Notes under the pieces: generated by a model
The model's database searches: none
What the model was told of the DNA's origin: nothing
The model's input: only the letters and a program-made list of their open reading frames with translations
Translations under genes and position numbers: made by a program
Shown here: positions 27,896 through 32,000 of the stretch, piece by piece
Numbering within the stretch: position 1 is the stretch's first letter
How the letters are laid out: the number at the start of each line of letters is the position of its first letter
NCBI GenBank assembly: GCA_942493095.1
Contig: OW818675.1
Coordinates: forward strand, 30,001 to 62,000
Direction of reading: 5' to 3'
Origin: Candidatus Electronema halotolerans
GTDB taxonomy: Bacteria; Desulfobacterota; Desulfobulbia; Desulfobulbales; Desulfobulbaceae
DNA length: 32,000 nucleotides

Positions 27896-28028
27896 TGATT
27901 TGCCGTCAAAAGAACGCCGCAGAATTGCCTGCTCCTTTCTCAAACCGGCGGAAACCTCGTGAAGGCTGTGCCCAGACTGCGGCACAGCACTTTGTTTTTT
28001 CATTTTAATTTTATTATATGAGGACAAG

Positions 28029-28169
28029 ATGATGCGCGCAATCAAACTGTCAGTCGCCCTGCTGCTTGCAGCCTGCCTGCTCTCCGGCTGTTATATGTAT
28101 CACCCGGACAGAGATCGTCATTCAGACGGTCGGCAGCAGCAGCAGCAGAGCCAAAAAGGCGCATATTAG
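28029..28169 (+). CDS. Small lipoprotein (46 aa), below the ORF-track cutoff
   Basis: Translation MMRAIKLSVALLLAACLLSGCYMYHPDRDRHSDGRQQQQQSQKGAY; lipobox LSGC; AGGA upstream. Confidence 0.75.
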   Translation: MMRAIKLSVALLLAACLLSGCYMYHPDRDRHSDGRQQQQQSQKGAY

Positions 28170-28178
28170 CGAGTGAAA

Positions 28179-28212
28179 GCAATTCAGGGTTCTCTTGGGA
28201 ATCCTGAATTGC
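28179..28212. other. Perfect inverted repeat / hairpin downstream of the lipoprotein cluster
   Basis: GCAATTCAGG ... CCTGAATTGC, 10-bp stem with 14-nt loop; no T tract. Confidence 0.6.
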
Positions 28213-28422
28213 AGCGCGCCGCCTGCTGTTCGCCTGCATTCTGCCGCAGCGAATTTATCTGCTTGACAGAGTAATCATTCCGAGATATTTTTTCCTTCCT
28301 TTCCAGCAGCAGGATTGCTGCTGCTCTTCACTCCGCTCCTGTTTGCCAAACTGATACCTGCCGAATTTTTCCATTCGGTATTTTTTGCATCTTTCAATCT
28401 GTTGACGTCACAAGGAGACATC

Positions 28423-29217
28423 ATGAAACAAGGAATGCTCAGGAAAACTCTTGTCAGCGCAGTCAGCCTGCTGGCACTGCTGGCCACGGCGCCGGCTTTT
28501 GCCACGGACCTGAATGCCGATCAAGCGATTGCCAAGCTCAAGGAAGGCAATGCGCGTTTTGTCAGCGGCAAGTCCATGCGTCCGCATACCGACACAGCCC
28601 GGCTGACTCAGGCTGGCCAAGAGGATCAGGGCAAGCACGCTTATGCCACAGTCATCACCTGCTCTGATTCCAGAGTCCCGGTTGAGGAAATTTTTGATGC
28701 CGGCATCATGGATATTTTTGTTATCCGGGTGGCAGGCAACGTGGTTGACACGGACGAGGCAGGCTCGATTGAGTATGGTCTGGCCCATGTCAACACCCCG
28801 GTTCTGGTGGTGCTTGGCCACACCCAATGCGGCGCGGTCACTGCTGTGACGAACGCCATTCAAGGACATGGCCATGCGCTGGAAATCAACATTCCGCCGC
28901 TGGTTGACAACATCGAGCCTGCGGTCAAACGGGCCATTGAAGAGCATCCTGAACTGAAAGGCAAGGATGTGATTCCTGCCGCCATTGTTGAGAATGTCTG
29001 GCAGGGTGTGCATGACCTGTTCATGAGAAGTCCTGTTTCCCGCGAGATGGTCAAGAACGGCAAGGCCAAAGTTATTGGCGCAATCTACGATGTGAGCACT
29101 GGCAAGGTTGATTGGCTGCCTGAGGACAAAGTCAGCAAAATTCTTGACGAGGCGGAGAAAGACCCCAAGCGGGAGATGAAAAAATTAGCTGGCGGTGAGG
29201 AGAAAGCCGGTCACTGA
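28423..29217 (+). CDS. Exported beta-class carbonic anhydrase
   Basis: Signal peptide MLRKTLVSAVSLLALLATAPAFA; zinc-site motifs CSDSRVPVE and HTQCGAV; RVAGNVVD. Confidence 0.93.
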   Translation: MKQGMLRKTLVSAVSLLALLATAPAFATDLNADQAIAKLKEGNARFVSGKSMRPHTDTARLTQAGQEDQGKHAYATVITCSDSRVPVEEIFDAGIMDIFVIRVAGNVVDTDEAGSIEYGLAHVNTPVLVVLGHTQCGAVTAVTNAIQGHGHALEINIPPLVDNIEPAVKRAIEEHPELKGKDVIPAAIVENVWQGVHDLFMRSPVSREMVKNGKAKVIGAIYDVSTGKVDWLPEDKVSKILDEAEKDPKREMKKLAGGEEKAGH

Positions 29218-29248
29218 AGTTTTTTTTTCATCCAGCGTCATGAAACGG

Positions 29249-29280
29249 AAAGGCCGGATTTTTTCATCCGGCCTTTTTCT
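29249..29280 (+). terminator. Rho-independent terminator after carbonic anhydrase gene
   Basis: AGGCCGGAT-tttttc-ATCCGGCCT followed by TTTTCTTTTC. Confidence 0.85.
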
Positions 29281-29420
29281 TTTCTCATTTTTTTTGGGAT
29301 ACTGGCAAAAAGGCAGGCAATAGGTTACTATTCGGCGCATAGCTGTCCCCACCCTGTGAGACCTTTCTTGGCTGAACGCAGGCGGCGGGCGGAAACACTT
29401 CAATTCAGCATGACGCAGCA

Positions 29421-29984
29421 ATGGCAAGTCCTGATCATACCCCGGAAATGGAACAGCTGGACCGGCTGACCGTGATCCTGTACCGCAGCGGTTTATCTGT
29501 TTTTGCTCTCAGCACAGCCTTGGAGGCGGCGGAGCTGCTCTCCGGCCAGTCCCTGCTCGGCAGATGGCATCTGTCCTTGGTCGCGGCCAGCGCAGGGCTT
29601 GCCAGCGCCAACATTCATCTCTACGATCCCCGCTTCCGCTGGCTTTTTCCCCTGATGAGCTGGCTCGGCTTCATCGTGCTGGCCTTCACCCTGCCGGTGC
29701 GCTCACCGGAGCTGGCAGCGTGGCTGTCTGGCCTCAGTCTGGCCTTTTTTTACGCAGGCGCGGCCATGTTCGCGCTCAAAGAATATTTCTGCTTCCGCAT
29801 CCCCGGCCTGCCTTTCATGCCAATATTTTTAGGCGGAGCCGTGCTGCTGCGCTGGTCCGGCTTTCCTGTCGGCGAAGGCCTTCTGCTGGCCATTGCCGCC
29901 CTGCTGTATTTGTGGATGGTCTGGGCAAAATGGAGGATGCCCCTTCATTTTGATATTGGCGACAAGAGCATGTATAAAATATAA
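29421..29984 (+). CDS. Multi-pass integral membrane protein (DUF2301-like)
   Basis: Five to six hydrophobic segments, e.g. WLFPLMSWLGFIVLAFTL and GLLLAIAALLYLWMVWAKW; resemblance to DUF2301 is tentative. Confidence 0.7.
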   Translation: MASPDHTPEMEQLDRLTVILYRSGLSVFALSTALEAAELLSGQSLLGRWHLSLVAASAGLASANIHLYDPRFRWLFPLMSWLGFIVLAFTLPVRSPELAAWLSGLSLAFFYAGAAMFALKEYFCFRIPGLPFMPIFLGGAVLLRWSGFPVGEGLLLAIAALLYLWMVWAKWRMPLHFDIGDKSMYKI

Positions 29985-30031
29985 TGTGCAACAGCCTGTT
30001 CAGGCAAACTATCTCACCAAGGAGGAATGTT

Positions 30032-30493
30032 GTGAAAAGCAGGACATTATTGGCAGCGTTTGTGGTTCTGGCCGGATTGCTGCTGGCAGGCGGCATCAGC
30101 ACTGCCGCCGCCGTGACCACAAATGTCTGGTACACGACCCCGGCTGACTGCGAGCGGGTGCAGGAGACCGCAAAAAAAGAGGATAAGGCCTTCATTCTCT
30201 TTTTTTACGTTGACTGGTGCGGCTACTGCAAACGGCTGAAAAAAGATTTTCTTGCAAAACCTGAAGTCGAGCGGGTGCTGGCCAAATATTACCGAGTCAA
30301 GATCAACCCTGAGAAAGGGGCGGAGGAGAAGGCCTTGGCAAATAAGTACGGCGTGCATGGCTTCCCCAATTTCTTGGTTGTCCGGCCTGACGGCAGCAAG
30401 GTCAGAATTCATCCCTTTAAACAAGGCGGCAAAGTTTGGACAGTGGAGGAATTCATCTCCAACTTGGAAGCGGCAATGACGGCCAAGGGATGA
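30032..30493 (+). CDS. Exported thioredoxin-fold protein
   Basis: GTG start after GGAGG; signal peptide; KAFILFFYVDWCGYCKRLKKDFL (CxxC) and YGVHGFPNFLVVRPDG cis-Pro motif. Confidence 0.88.
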   Translation: MKSRTLLAAFVVLAGLLLAGGISTAAAVTTNVWYTTPADCERVQETAKKEDKAFILFFYVDWCGYCKRLKKDFLAKPEVERVLAKYYRVKINPEKGAEEKALANKYGVHGFPNFLVVRPDGSKVRIHPFKQGGKVWTVEEFISNLEAAMTAKG

Positions 30494-30597
30494 GCAGCAG
30501 CAGCCCTGTTCTGTGCAGCGGGGCTGGCAGCAAACTGGCAGAAACAAAGCATCTGTCAGGCATTCCGTGCAGATGCCTGCTGTGAAATCGACTGACC

Positions 30598-31230
30598 ATG
30601 AATCAAAAAATAGGCAAGAAACTGCAAGAATGGCTTGTTGATGAAGCCGAGGACGCACCTGCTGAAACTGTTTTAGAGACATTGCACAGAAAACTGTGCA
30701 AAAGGATAAAATTCTGTTTTAATACAGAAAAAAGGATAGAAGAAAAAATAAAAAACTGGCTTACTGTTGAGGAACAGGAAAACTCTGCTGATTTTATTTG
30801 TATAATTGAAGAATCTTTTTTTAAAACAAGAAAAATTATAGCTGCGACAAGTCATCGTATTGTTTTGTTTGAATACAGCCTTTCAGGCACCCTGAAAGAT
30901 AAAAGTGATAAAATATGGCGGCAGCTTGTATCTGTGCATTTGCAGGAAAAAATTCCTTATTCCTCGTTGGAGCTTTGCTTCTTTCAGTTTCATGATTCAA
31001 TTTTTTATCACAATCCAAATCAGTTCAGCGACAAGCCCAAGATGAAGCACTGGAGGCTTGACGAGCTGAACAAGAAAAAAGCTCGAATTTTTTATGCTTT
31101 TTTGAAAAATAAAGAAATTGCCATGAAGGAAGCGAGGCGGCAGGAGCATCTCGACAATAAAATTGTCGGCGGCATGGGAGGCATGGCGCGGCCCGGAGGA
31201 GGAGGCCCGCCTCCGGGAGGCGGAAAGTAA
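30598..31230 (+). CDS. Hypothetical protein with Gly/Pro-rich C-terminal tail
   Basis: 210-aa ORF, possible PH-like segment (RKIIAATSHRIVLFEYSLSG...IWRQLVSVHLQE...IPYSSLEL); tail GGMGGMARPGGGGPPPGGGK. Confidence 0.7.
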   Translation: MNQKIGKKLQEWLVDEAEDAPAETVLETLHRKLCKRIKFCFNTEKRIEEKIKNWLTVEEQENSADFICIIEESFFKTRKIIAATSHRIVLFEYSLSGTLKDKSDKIWRQLVSVHLQEKIPYSSLELCFFQFHDSIFYHNPNQFSDKPKMKHWRLDELNKKKARIFYAFLKNKEIAMKEARRQEHLDNKIVGGMGGMARPGGGGPPPGGGK

Positions 31231-31246
31231 GCCTCCGGCATTTTTC

Positions 31247-31819
31247 ATGATGCGGCAGGGCAATCAAGTGCGGAACAATGATGAGTACAGGTCGTTGACC
31301 AAGCTGCTGGCCAAGATTGGTCAAGAGGCTGGCACTTCGTTCTGCATCAGTCTCATTCCCGGCTTGGCCGGATTGCTGGCTGCCGCCCTGAACAGCGTCT
31401 TGGGCACCTTTGGCTTTCTGCTGAAATTTCGCAGTGAGAGCGCAGAGCTTGTAACAAATTTGCTGGGCGGCGGCACTGGCTTTCTTTCCCGCAAGGAGCT
31501 GCGCCGCATTAAGCTGGAATTAGTCAGATGTGCGAAAAGAAACAAGGAATACGGAAAAGCGCTGGCCTTGGTCTGCGGCATTCTGGAGACAGACGCTGAA
31601 TGCGCTGAGGCCCTGCTGCTCAAAGCCATGATCCTGCATGAAGGTTTTAATGATTCCGCAGGCGCACGCCTGTCTTTGAGAAAACTGATGCGTCTGCGTC
31701 CTGATGCGGACAACGATCTTCTGCGCCGCTGGGGAGCGGCTCTGCATGACGAGCTTTGCCTGCAACAGAAACGCGGACAGGACAATTCCTCTGATCAAGT
31801 GCGGATACGATATGAATGA
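31247..31819 (+). CDS. Hypothetical protein, helical/TPR-like C-terminus
   Basis: KRNKEYGKALALVCGILETDAECAEALLLKAMILHEGFNDSAGARLSLRKLMRLRPD resembles a TPR-like repeat. Confidence 0.65.
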   Translation: MMRQGNQVRNNDEYRSLTKLLAKIGQEAGTSFCISLIPGLAGLLAAALNSVLGTFGFLLKFRSESAELVTNLLGGGTGFLSRKELRRIKLELVRCAKRNKEYGKALALVCGILETDAECAEALLLKAMILHEGFNDSAGARLSLRKLMRLRPDADNDLLRRWGAALHDELCLQQKRGQDNSSDQVRIRYE

Positions 31820-31891
31820 TGTGAGCGCGGCTGCCGCATCTCTCTTGAATTATGCGGCAAACAGCCTGAACACGTTGGGAGGACATATATT

Positions 31892-32000
31892 TTGACACGG
31901 ATCATCGTAATCACCTCCGGCAAGGGAGGAGTCGGCAAAACCACAACCAGTGCCGCCTTTGCTATGGGCTTGGCATTGGAAGGCTACAAGACAGCGGTGA
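31892..32000 (+). CDS. minD: Septum site-determining protein MinD (N-terminus, truncated by window)
   Basis: TTG start, (M)TRIIVITSGKGGVGKTTTSAAFAMGLALEGYKTAV deviant Walker A; not in the ORF track because it is truncated. Confidence 0.88.
   Translation, partial: MTRIIVITSGKGGVGKTTTSAAFAMGLALEGYKTAV

Noticed and set aside
1-32000. CRISPR arrays, retrons, integron sites or rRNA genes
   Set aside because: Read through for regularly spaced repeats, reverse transcriptase motifs and rRNA-like sequence; none seen. The only tandem repeats are coding repeats at 27.1-27.5 kb.

Overview
The window looks like a mostly chromosomal segment from a deltaproteobacterial/Desulfobulbales-like genome (taxon is inferred from gene content only). 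It opens with an ffh / rpsP / KH / rimM / trmD / RNA methyltransferase / rplS / rnhB block, interrupted by an AT-rich orphan secreted-protein ORF between ffh and rpsP. Next comes a two-gene minus-strand module: a PHP nuclease-like domain fused to an SMC/Rad50-like ATPase, overlapping an AlbA_2 (Schlafen-type) protein by 8 bp. This is the best candidate for an under-described defence-type system. The rest includes dnaK/grpE, a PAS/HATPase sensor protein, an acyltransferase, a CBM48-like protein, a TrkH/TrkA potassium uptake pair, a zinc-ribbon/trypsin-like protease, a ClC channel with CBS domains, a stand-alone RapZ C-terminal-like protein, an Rpn/PD-(D/E)XK-type nuclease, and tRNA-Leu(CAG). 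A precisely delimited 1264-bp IS4-type insertion sequence follows, with 19-bp terminal inverted repeats and a 10-bp target duplication. Its transposase is continuous only through a -1 shift at an A8 run. After that come hpt, an OmpW/opacity-like barrel protein, three consecutive small or repetitive lipoproteins, an exported beta-carbonic anhydrase, a thioredoxin-like protein, hypotheticals, and the start of minD.
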